Of a stretch of DNA of 64,000 nucleotides, positions 47,491-59,154 are shown piece by piece. Each line of letters begins with the position of its first letter. Position 1 is the first letter of the stretch. Both the position numbers and the translations under genes were made by a program. The DNA is from Macrostomum lignano (lineage: Eukaryota): contig NIVC01001003.1 of NCBI GenBank assembly GCA_002269645.1, positions 186,001 through 250,000 of the forward strand, given 5' to 3'. A model generated the notes under the pieces. The model ran no database searches. It was given only the letters and a program-made list of their open reading frames with translations, and was not told where the DNA came from.

Positions 47491-48840
47491 CAACCACGAT
47501 TCTCAAAATAATGGAATTGTAGGAATTTAGTCATGTACGTGTAGTTGAATTCTTGGTTTTGCCCCCCCCACCATAAAATCCATGGCGACGCCCCTGCAAC
47601 CAGTTATATACAGTGGTCCCTGGATTACCATAGTGGCCGTGGCTCCTGCGATAAATTTCGATCCAATGTAGCATTCTGGCGACTTTTTCGAATGATGGAG
47701 CTTCATTATTCAGCGCTTTAATTAAAAAAGTCTTTCTGGTCGACAGCTGGGTACGCCAAGGGCATGGCGCAGCAGGGACCGCGTCATAGTTATCGGCATA
47801 GCTTCCATTCCATACAATAAATATCGGTTCCAAGGCAGTCGTCCAGAAAGCCGTCCAGACAGACTCGCCGCGGTGCCAGGCGTACGTGAGTCCAATTGCA
47901 GTCGCGAAGTTAAACCTAAGTTCCTCGTTAGTGTGTGTTTGGAATTAATATGAAAAGTATCTAAAAATATGATTTATAGAATTAATGAGTACTACTACAG
48001 GTTCATGTGATAATAATATGTCCTATTTAGAGCAGTAGTATACATTTGAAAAGGCTTCCATAGATGCGAGTTTCAAAAATCCTCCTATATCTGTCCAAAC
48101 TGTATTTGTATTTGATTTGAAACAATCTTCTCTGATCTGTTTTGATTTTTACTTCGGATTGATGGAACTTTATAATTAGCCTTTCCAGTATGTCTATATG
48201 CGATAAAACCTATGTCTAGAAGTTCTTGGAATTCTCTGCAGACTCTGCAGAAGTTGCAGAAAATAAAAAAATAGGAACTATCAAGCTCTATCGCACCTAA
48301 TTAAAATAATTAAAAAGAATGAGACTAGAATCCAAGGACCACTGTGTACAACTGTTATATACACTATACATTGAACAGTGGTCCTTAGTAGAATCCTGAA
48401 AATGAATTTTTTTGGAAAATGACTTTTCCGTTGTCCCATTTTTAAGCCATAATAACAAACTTTCGTCAAAAAGTACATTACCAGACATTTTTTAATAAAA
48501 ATAACAAGTACTTTTTGTTCAAAACTTTTTAACTTTCATTTAAAAAGCAAAAGCGTTATTTTAATTAGTATGAGAACACAACTTCTTGGTAAGAATTTGA
48601 ACTTCTAAATATTGCACACTTAAAATCTAAATATATAAAGCAGCAGATTGCAGATTTCATCGCGTGAAATTTCATAAATTTTTAATGCATTAATTAATAA
48701 TACTAAATCTGATATCATTGAAAGAGTGTGGGTAGCGGAATTTCGTGCACTCAAAGTTAGTAACTTCCAATATATTATTATTTTTTTATAAGAATTCAGT
48801 GTTAACTGTTCCTGTTACTTAGACTGTAGTGGCCTCTGAA

Positions 48841-51800
48841 ATGCCCGTTTCAAAGGGAAATTTAGGTAGCACTTTGTCTAAGCAGTTTAAATCTGCCAGA
48901 CGATCTCGTGGTGCACATGGACCCAGTGATGCAAATGATTATGCGTCTATGTCATCTTGCCTGGTAAGCCAATTAATTTAAATTTTTCATCTATATAAAA
49001 TTACTCTATTTAGCAAGGCAGTTATTGTTACAGTGAGTGACCATATAAATAGTGATGACAGGTATTTTTACAGTTAACACATAAAACAAATACTATTCAA
49101 ATTATGTAACAAACTGGTAATGCAAAAAATAAGAGGTGGTTAAATTTTAAAAAGACAAAGAAACATTAATTATTTAATATTTTTTTCTTCATGGCTATAA
49201 TAGGCCTAATAGCCATTTTACTCCATAGGCCTAGTCAAGATCATGCTGGGTGCAAGCCCAAACAAAAATTGAATAATTACAAATTGCATGCCAAAAAATG
49301 AATGCACGTCCATTCTTAAAACTATGCTGGTGTTACAACAATAAAGGACCCTTTTTAGGCCTACACTATGACATAAATAACATTTTTTGAATTGCATAAT
49401 AGATATTTTTGGCAGATAATTTGGTTGATTTTAATGTTTTTTTGTGATACTATTCATAGTAGAAAATCAATATACATAAATATTTGTTTAAATGCTTGGC
49501 AATTTTCCTCTTTCGTTCGTTAAATTATTTTTTCGATTTGAATCGGTGCGTAGACGCGAAAAAGTGACGTGGCAGCATTTAAAATTGTGCCTATTGAAAA
49601 AATGATGTGGCAGTAGTGGAAAGGACATGGGGTTGCTGCTGACACATGTCTATGGCACTACTCACCTACTCGGTTCGTGGCGGAGTATAGGCAGCAGCTT
49701 GCACTCGCTCCTTGCTCCCCTTCCCACTCTCGCATGAGCTTTGACTTATCGCATTGAGTCTTCACTTGTTAAATTTTATTAAATTTTACTCGAACTGCAA
49801 CATGGCTGGGCGCCCAGCGGCACCTACATTCATCGTCCCTCCTGGACAACTGCGTCCCTCGCTGGAGCTGTGCGACATAAACTTTACGATGCGCGAGCTG
49901 GCCAACATCACCCTATTCGAGTCACATCTGGAGGAATTTATGTGGCGTAAGATGCACCCACAGAACGTGTTCGGAAACATTCTCTTTTGGATTGCGCACT
50001 ATTACTCCCTGTGAATTGTGAACTGCTGGGGCTCCAGTTGAACCATATTGGACTTTGTGAGACTCTCTGTATGCCAGAGCAAGCTACGGGACGCAGTGCC
50101 CTATTGTTGTCGTTTACTGTCGTTACATGTCGTTTACCATTACCGTTTGTCTTTAGTTAAACAACTCCATCCAACTTTCTGAGAAAAATTTAAGTCCCAG
50201 CATCCCATTACTGTCGTTTTCTGACATTACTCAGTAGTCACAACTTGTTTCTGTCGAAAAAATAATTTAACGAACGAAAGAGGAAAATCGCCAAATGCTT
50301 TATTATAATGTTAAGAATTAGAAAGCTTGAAATATATGCTTAAAAATAACCTTTTTTATCATTTCTCTATTCCACAATAACTCTTTCGCGTGATTATAGG
50401 CCTATAAAGTGCATGCCAGGTATGCACACATACTATTTTCTTAGGAGTGATGCACCTATTTTTGGTATGCATGCCCAAATTTTTGGCTATATATTACTCA
50501 TAGTGTGGATCATGCTAAGTGCACGCGAGAAATGACCCAAAGCTAATTCCCAAAAGCACGCCGACGACAAGCGAATGCACGCCAATAAATTAAAATTCAA
50601 ATTGAAGACAAAAAACGTATTTTAAATTGCATTGTGTAAAACAAAGCAACAAACGATGTACAAAAGAAATGATATATCTTTAAAAACGTGTATTTCTAAT
50701 ACATTAATTTATTTAATAGTCTTATACACTGTTTATTTACAATAGTTTTTTTCAAAAGTTAAATACAATAATACGTATTTCATGTCTGCTTACCATTGCA
50801 TTGGCAGCTTTGCCACATCAGGTGCCAGGCACGCGGCACGCGGCGCATGCCAGGCACGCCAGTGTATTTATGTAGTGTGCATTATACACGCCAAATGCAC
50901 GCCACTTACCTAATCGCACGCCGGTGCACGCCACTTTTGAAAATGCACGCGGGAAAATTCTCGCGTGCACTACATGATCTACACTATGGTATATTACATT
51001 ATCCAAAGTGTGGATTCTGCTTCTTAAATATATCTATAGTCAGGATCATGGCATGCCTGTGCTGGAATGAATCCTATCAAAAAAGTTTGATTGTGCTGGA
51101 ACAAATCTTATAAAAGAAGTTTGCTTATATCGTGTGCCAAAACTATTCACTATCAAATTTACTTGCACTGGAAAATGCAATGTTAGCATTCCTATAAAGT
51201 GATTCTATAAAGTGCACACTAGGTCTACACACATACACATGCCTAACCTCAAAATTTCACCTATCCAGTGCAATTTATTTTTGTCAAGATTTGCAACTTT
51301 GTTCTTCCCAATTGCAACTTAGTTCCTCCCGATTGCAACTTAGTTCCTCTCAATTGTGACTAAGTTCCTCTCAATTGTGACTTAGTTCCCCTGATTGCGA
51401 CTTAATTTTCACTTTGTATATGACTTTTCTTGCCATTTTCTCTTTTTTTCTCTTTCTCTTTCTTTCTCTTCTTTCCCCTGTCTCTTCTTCCTTTCTTTTT
51501 CTTCTTTTCTCTTCTTCTCCTTTCTTTCTTCTCCCAATTTTTTGTTTTTTTTGCATTTTTGATTTTGCAACTTACCTGGCCAGCAGCCATTTCACCCATC
51601 CAGTTCAGATTGGTTGGACGGGTGTTGGGCATGTATATGCACACACACTATTTTCTTAGGAGCAATGCATGCCAACTGTGTATGCCTACTTTTGGTATGC
51701 AAGGCCATTGCATGCAAGTATAAATGGGGCCAAAGCAGCCTTGATGACAAGCCTCAAACAGGATGTCTAGCTGCTATAGTTGTGGACAAAAAATTGCTGC

Positions 51801-54800
51801 CGTCTAGAGAATGATTTGACAAGGACTAGTGAGTGACCTGTGCCAAGATCAGAAAGGCTCTTGGCATTGGATTGGTAGCAGTTAAAACATCCTACACAAC
51901 AAGCTGAGAGCCTCTAAGTGGTGTGCCCATTGGGTGCTCTATAACCTGATAGAGGACTAAAAAGTGGAGCAAGTGCTTTGGTATGAGTTAATGCTCAAAA
52001 GATTGATTCTGGGGCCTCAAAGCAATGCTGGGAAATTATCACAGGCAATAAGACCTAGGTCTATCAATACAACCCAGAAACCAAGCAGCAGTTGGCAGTT
52101 TGGCTCCTTCTAGACGATGCTACCCCAACAAAGGTCAAGCAAGCCTACAGTGTTGGGAAGCAGATAGTTGCAACTTTCTTCAGCCAGGCTGGCCACCTGG
52201 TGACTATAGCACTCCCAAGACAGGTGGATAGTCAATGCCGACTAGTCAAGAATACTGCTCTAGCCCTATTGCAATCATACCATATCACATTCTATGCCAT
52301 CAAGCTAATTCCACAGCATAGCAGGCCACTATGCCATATATCTAAATGCACACCAATGCAGGCCAATTTTTTTGGCCAAACCAAAATGCATGCAAATGCA
52401 CACCATTTTTTTTGGCTAAACCAAATGCATGCCAGAATTTTCTCTTTTTAAATCTCTTTTCTCTTTTTAAATTCAACCTTCTAGAGTATGGTATATATAG
52501 GGTTTATTAACCATAAAAATAGCAGTTTTGCTATTTATATAGTTATATCAAATTAAAACCTTAGAGATTTAGGCCTAGAATAGTGCCATATTCCAGATCA
52601 TGTAGTATATACCCAAAAATTTGGGCATGCATTGGCCTTGCACGCTATAAGTAATATGCACAGTTGACATGCATCACTCCTAAGAAAATAGTATATGTGC
52701 ATACCTGGCATGCACTTTATAGAATTATATAGAAGAGTTAGTTTTAAGACAAAAAAGATGAAAAAGTTCATTTTTAAGCATAAATTTCAAGCTTTCTAGG
52801 TTTTTAAAGCTTGTAATAAGGCATTTAAACAAATATTTGTGTGTATACATTTTCTACTATAAATAGTATAAGCAATAAAGCATAAAAATCAACCAAATTA
52901 TTAGCCAAAAGGTTCTTATGCAACTGAAAAAAATGTTATTTATTGTTGTAACATAAAAAAGGTCATTTATTGTTGCAATACTAGCATAGATTTTTGAGTG
53001 TGTGTGTACACTCAATTTTTTTGGCATGCCTTTGTAATTATTTAGTTTTTGTTTGGACATGATATAGACTATGTGCAAAGTAGTGTCTTATATGTTGACT
53101 ATAAAAATAAATATTTTGCTATTTATATGGTAACTGTAATACTACCATGTAGCAAGTCAAATGAAAATATGATTTACTATTCAATAAATAGGCCTAGGCT
53201 AAAGTTAATTTAATAAGGGACCTATCTAAGACTAATACTAGTAGGCTAGTAACAAAAGTTTGTCTTAAATTTGCAGTAAAATGTTAATATATTGTATATT
53301 TAAGATTATATTAGTTATATTATCATATTATTATAGGCTAACTTTGATTATAAAAAGGGCATGTCTAATATTGTCTATGGTCTAAACCCAGCTCTGGTTA
53401 ACACTATTTGCTATGGGCTAGCTGAGATTGGTTGCTTGTAGGTTAAGTTAGGATAAAAAAACCAATATACCATAGTTTAGAAGGCAATATGTATTTTTTA
53501 GGCCCCTACCTAGGTAATTTATATATGTAATCAATAATTTTTTAAAGTTTTTTCTATAAATGATATAATAACATCAAATGTCAATATCTAAAACTTAAAA
53601 AAGCTGATTCAATTTAGAAATTATAAAGCATATGTTGGTTGGCATTAGTACTGTACCAATAATTTTAGCTAAGCCTTCATAGTTATATTTATAACAATCA
53701 TTGTTACAGACACAGCTATATGGCAATTTATAGTGCAGTGGCTATAAAAAAAATTATATACATGAATCACAATGTCAAGTAGTGAGCATAGAGAGAGGAT
53801 AGATACTAATCTTAGTAGGATACTAATCTCGCCTAATCCCAAAAATTTTGATCCTATCCAACCTGTATATATATATGCTTATAAACTAGATAAAGGATTC
53901 AATTCCTGCTATTGACCTAAAATCGAATGCCTAACAATAATGGATATCCCAATCTTGTCTTATCCTAATTTGTTGATCTTGTATATTCCACCATTCTTAA
54001 ATCAATCATTGTTATCTAGAATGAGAACTAGCTCTTCCAAATATACTTGCTACCTTGCCAAGTATTGCAGGACTAGATCACAAAAGTAGACGTTATACAC
54101 TTGGATGAAAAAACCTGGCAGGTGTAATAAATTTAGGTACTAAAATATAAACTTGAAGACAAAGGTTTTTTTAGGCATCAGATTTGCAGTTGCCATCTGG
54201 CATCTTATGTCCAAAGTCAGGATCCCAAAATTAAATTGATCTGTTGCGAGAACACAACACACCTAAACAGAAATAAACGTAGATTAAAAGGTGTGAAATT
54301 TCTGCTGTTAAACTATGTCAGATTTAGTCTGTTTGTTATTAACAATTTCTCTCACCACATTGTCAACACTCCCTACAGCCGCCGCGCCTGCTCAGACGGA
54401 TTCGTCCGTGACTCACCAGGGCGATCTGGCCGAGTTTCTCTCCCGCGCCGAGCTGCTCAACGCTAAATTTGACAGCTCAGGCGGGCCGGGCAGCGGCTCT
54501 CTACGGCTCCTGTCCCAGGAGGAGGCCGTCGCTGGCCGAATCGGCGGCGGCGCCGGCGTCCTGGCGAAAGCGGCGCGCGAACGCCGGCGCCTGGCTGCCG
54601 AGGAGTTGCGCAATCAGCTGCGCATCCCGCGCCGGCCAGCCTGGTCGCCTGGCGTCACCAGCCCGGCCGAGTTGGAGTCGCTCGAACGCGAATCGTTTCT
54701 GCGCTGGCGCGAGGCGATGGCCCTGCTAGAAGCTAAAGACGGCGTTGCCATGACTCCGTATGAAAAGAATTTGGACTTTTGGCGTCAGCTATGGCGAGTA

Positions 54801-57302
54801 CTGGAGCGCAGTCAGGCTGTAGTGCAGATTGTTGACGCCAGAGATCCGCTGTTCTTCTATTCGCCAGATTTGGACGCCTACGCCAAGGAGTGCGGCTGCC
54901 AGACGGCTGTGCTGTTGAACAAGTGCGACCTGCTGACGCCAATCCAGTTGACCGCTTGGAGGCAATATTTCCAGACTGCCGGCACTAGGGCTTTGTTCTT
55001 CTCGGCTAAGCCGGCCGGATCCGAAGCTGATGAGGATGCTCAAGATGTGGCTCAGGCTGAGGCTGATGAGGCTGCTGCGATACATGTTAATGAGTCCATG
55101 CCGAAAGGTGAGATTGAGGGCTGGGGTTGGTTTAAAGAGTAATATGAGCTTAGATTAGACTAGCTCATAGATTAAGAATAGTCTGGCTCAGAAATTGAGA
55201 ATAGTCTGAGTGGCTCATAGATTGAGAATAGACCAGCTCATAGATTGAGAATAGACTCAGTAGACTCTCAGTAGACTATAGATTGAGAATAGTCTGAGTG
55301 GCTCATAGATTGAGAATAGACCAGCTCATAGATTGAGAATAGTCCAGCTCATAGATTGAGAACAGACCAGCTCATAGATTAAGAAATAGACCATCTCATA
55401 GATTGAGAATAGACTGGCCCATAGATTAAGAAAAGACCAGCTCAAAGATTGAGAATAGACCAGCTCATAGATTGAAAATAGACCAGCTCATAGATTGAGA
55501 AAAGACCAGCTCAAAGATTGAGAATAGACTGGCTCACAGGCTGCTGATCTATCTATTCAAAGTAGTAAACATGTATTGTCTGAATTGGCCAATATTTGTC
55601 CAACTCGCAGTGCTGGCACCCGATGGCCTGGCGGAAGCGCTCGCTGATTTGGCAGCGGAAGCCTCCTTGGCTTCATCCAGTTCAGCAACCGGCGTTCCCG
55701 TAGTCGGCCTAGTCGGCTACCCGAACGTTGGCAAAAGCAGCAGCATCAATGCCCTGCTGCGGGCAAAGAAGGTACCGGAATCCGCCACGCCCGGCCGCAC
55801 AAAGCATCTGCAGACTCTGCCGCTTGGCGATCGGCTGGTCCTGTGCGACTGCCCGGGTCTGGTCATGCCGCAGTTTGTTGGCACGTCGGCCGACCTGGTT
55901 GTGCACGGAGTTTTGCCCATAGACAACATGCGCGACTGTCTGGGACCGGTGCAGCTGCTGTGCGATCGAATCGATCGCCAGGCACTGGCTGAAGTGTACG
56001 GACTGCGATTGCCCGAGCCGCCGGAGCCGCTGACGGCCGCCGGTCTGTTGACTGCCTACGCCGAGCTGCACGGTTACACAACGGGGCACGGGGTGCCGCA
56101 TCTGGATCGGGCTGCTAGGGAAATTTTAAAGGACAGCGTCACCGGAAGGCGTAAGGCGTTAGTGTATTGTCAAGCTCCGCCAGGCTTGCAACAGATTGAT
56201 GGAGTAGATTTCAATAGTAGGCCAAGTGAGTTGTCGATTAAGACTGCGACGATGTCGATGACTGCAGCTGCTGGCGAGGACCGGGAAGACGCGGCGTCGG
56301 TGGCGGCGGCCAGCTTGACAGACTTTGATAAGCAGTTCTTTGCTGAGGTAAGGCACGCGGCATTGAGATTTGTGACATTGAAAAATAGCTGAAAATTTTA
56401 TGAAAGCTTGAAGTTGGCAGAGCCTTAAGAAGGCATTGGAGCAATCGTGACCTTGGAGCTTTCCTTAGAGCCTCTGTGACGATTTTATGAAATCTCTGCG
56501 GAGCTTGTGTGACCTTCAAAAATTTCCATAGGAGCATTGCGACCATGGGGAAATTTCTGTAGATCTTTTCGAAACTTTCTTAAGCCATTTTTTGACGTCA
56601 AGAAATCTCCATAGAACCATTTTGATTTCGAAAACCCCCATAGGGACGCATTGACCTTGAGAAACCTCCTTAGAGACACAGCGACTTTGAGAAACCACCT
56701 TAAAGACAGTGACCTTGAGAAACCACTTTAGAAACACAGTGACCTTGGTAAACCACTAGAGACACAGTGACCTTGAGAAACCACCTTAGAGACACAGTGA
56801 CCTTGGTAAACCGCCTTAGAGACCCAATGACCTTGAGGAACCCCATTAGAGACACAGTGGCCTTCAGAAACCTTATAGACACAGTGACCTTGAGAAACCA
56901 TCTTATTAAAGACACCGTGACCTTGAGGAACCCCATTGGAGATACAGTGGCCTTCAGAAACCTCCTTATAAACATAGTGACCTTGAGAAACCATCTTAAA
57001 GACACCGTGACCTTGAGAAACCCCATTATAGACACAGTGACCTTAAGAAACCACCTTAGAGACACAGTGACCTTGTGAAACCTCCTTAGAGACACAGTGA
57101 CCTTGAGAAACCACCTTAGAGACACAGTGACCTTGAAATATTTGAATATGAATTTCAGAAAACAGCGGACGTGAGGTTCCGCGCCACAGGCCGGCCGCAA
57201 GGTCACTCGGGTGCTGAGCAGACTGGCAAGTCCTGGAAGCGGCACAATAACAGCAGCAAGCGAGAGAAACTGCGCAGGGTGTACAGGCATCTGGATCAGT
57301 AG
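48841..57302 (+). CDS. LSG1: Large-subunit GTPase 1 homologue. Candidate exon 1 48841-48963, then ~54396-55107, 55611-56347 and 57159-57302
   Basis: TPYEKNLDFWRQLWRV, DARDP, LLNKCDL, GYPNVGKSS, TPGRTKH and DCPG motifs; C-terminal KSWKRHNN..KREKLRRVYRHLDQ. Exon 1 resembles the LSG1 N-terminus and ends GTAAG; the exon-2 acceptor (54379 vs 54396) is uncertain. Confidence 0.9.
49498..50292 (+). mobile_element. Merlin-superfamily non-autonomous deletion derivative (795 bp)
   Basis: ~40-bp TIRs with GG...CC termini; 8-bp TSD AAATGCTT at 49490-49497 and 50293-50300; internal ORF from ATG ~49801 ending FESHLEEFMWRK...IAHYYSL, resembling the IS1595/Merlin transposase C-terminus. Confidence 0.85.
51760..52270 (+). 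mobile_element. Degenerate mariner transposase fragment
   Basis: IITGNKT*VYQYNPETKQQLAVW...PTKVKQAYSVGKQIVATFF matches mariner TGDETW..Y.PE.K.QS..W and S.GK.M...F. Confidence 0.75.
55150..55535. repeat. ~23-bp degenerate minisatellite in an LSG1 intron
   Basis: Unit CTCATAGATTGAGAATAGACCAG. Confidence 0.9.
56660..57135. repeat. ~30-bp degenerate minisatellite in the last LSG1 intron
   Basis: Unit GACACAGTGACCTTGAGAAACCACCTTAGA. Confidence 0.9.
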
Positions 57303-57584
57303 GGGCTTGAGCAGATTGTTAAATTGATTCTTGTCCAAGTATTTTTGTCTTTGTATTATTTTCTTAATCATAAGCTGATCCTTGTTTTCTGGTCTCTGGT
57401 AAAATTAACATAAAGATGTGAAAGAAATTGGATAGTGTAGTTTCCGTTTGTCAACCATGCTAAGAATAAGACTCAAACATAAATTACATGAATGATGCTA
57501 TAATAAAAGAATGAGTTTTTTCGGCCTTGCAATTTTTGGAAGTATTTTTTTACTTTTTTTGTAACAGCTTAACTAGAAATGAGG

Positions 57585-59150
57585 CGGACTCAGATTAGCG
57601 GGTGGAGAGGCAGACTCAGATTAGCGGCTGGAGAGGCAGACTCAGATTAGCGGCTGGAGAGGCAGACTCAGATTAGCGGAGAGACAGACTCAGATTAGCG
57701 GAGAGGCAGACTCAGATTAGCGGAGAGGCAGACTCAGATTAGCGGAGAGGCAGACTCAGATTAGCGGGTGGAGAGGCAGACTCAGATTAGCGGAGAGACA
57801 GACTCAGATTAGCGGAGAGACAGACTCAGATTAGCGGAGAGACAGACTCAGATTAGCGGAGAGGCAGACTCAGATTAGCGGAGAGACAGACTCAGATTAG
57901 CGGAGAGACAGACTCAGATTAGCGGAGAGACAGACTCAGATTAGCGGAGAGACAGACTCAGATTAGCGGAGAGACAGACTCAGATTAGCGGAGAGACAGA
58001 CTCAGATTAGCGGGTGGAGAGGCAGACTCAGATTAGCGGCTGGAGAGGCAGACTCAGATTAGCGGAGAGACAGACTCAGATTAGCGGAGAGACAGACTCA
58101 GATTAGCGGAGAGACAGACTCAGATTAGCGGGTGGAGAGGCAGACTCAGATTAGCGGCTGGAGAGGCAGACTCAGATTAGCGGAGAGGCAGACTCAGATT
58201 AGCGGAGAGACAGACTCAGATTAGCGGAGAGACAGACTCAGATTAGCGGAGAGACAGACTCAGATTAGCGGAGAGGCAGACTCAGATTAGCGGAGAGACA
58301 GACTCAGATTAGCGGAGAGGCAGACTCAGATTAGCGGAGAGACAGACTCAGATTAGCGGAGAGACAGACTCAGATTAGCGGAGAGGCAGACTCAGATTAG
58401 CGGAGAGACAGACTCAGATTAGCGGAGAGGCAGACTCAGATTAGCGGAGAGACAGACTCAGATTAGCGGAGAGACAGACTCAGATTAGCGGAGAGACAGA
58501 CTCAGATTAGCGGGTGGAGAGGCAGACTCAGATTAGCGGCTGGAGAGGCAGACTCAGATTAGCGGAGAGACAGACTCAGATTAGCGGAGAGGCAGACTCA
58601 GATTAGCGGAGAGACAGACTCAGATTAGCGGATAGACAGACTCAGATTAGCGGAGAGGCAGACTCAGATTAGCGGAGAGACAGACTCAGATTAGCGGAGA
58701 GACAGACTCAGATTAGCGGAGAGGCAGACTCAGATTAGCGGAGAGACAGACTCAGATTAGCGGAGAGACAGACTCAGATTAGCGGAGAGACAGACTCAGA
58801 TTAGCGGAGAGACAGACTCAGATTAGCGGAGAGACAGACTCAGATTAGCGGAGAGACAGACTCAGATTAGCGGGTGGAGAGGCAGACTCAGATTAGCGGC
58901 TGGAGAGGCAGACTCAGATTAGCGGAGAGACAGACTCAGATTAGCGGAGAGACAGACTCAGATTAGCGGAGAGACAGACTCAGATTAGCGGGTGGAGAGG
59001 CAGACTCAGATTAGCGGCTGGAGAGGCAGACTCAGATTAGCGGAGAGGCAGACTCAGATTAGCGGAGAGACAGACTCAGATTAGCGGAGAGACAGACTCA
59101 GATTAGCGGAGAGGCAGACTCAGATTAGCGGAGAGGCAGAGCGGAGAGGC
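57585..59150. repeat. 22/26-bp tandem array, ~1.55 kb
   Basis: Unit CAGACTCAGATTAGCGGAGAGR with occasional GGTG/GCTG insertions. Confidence 0.97.
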
Positions 59151-59154
59151 GGCG

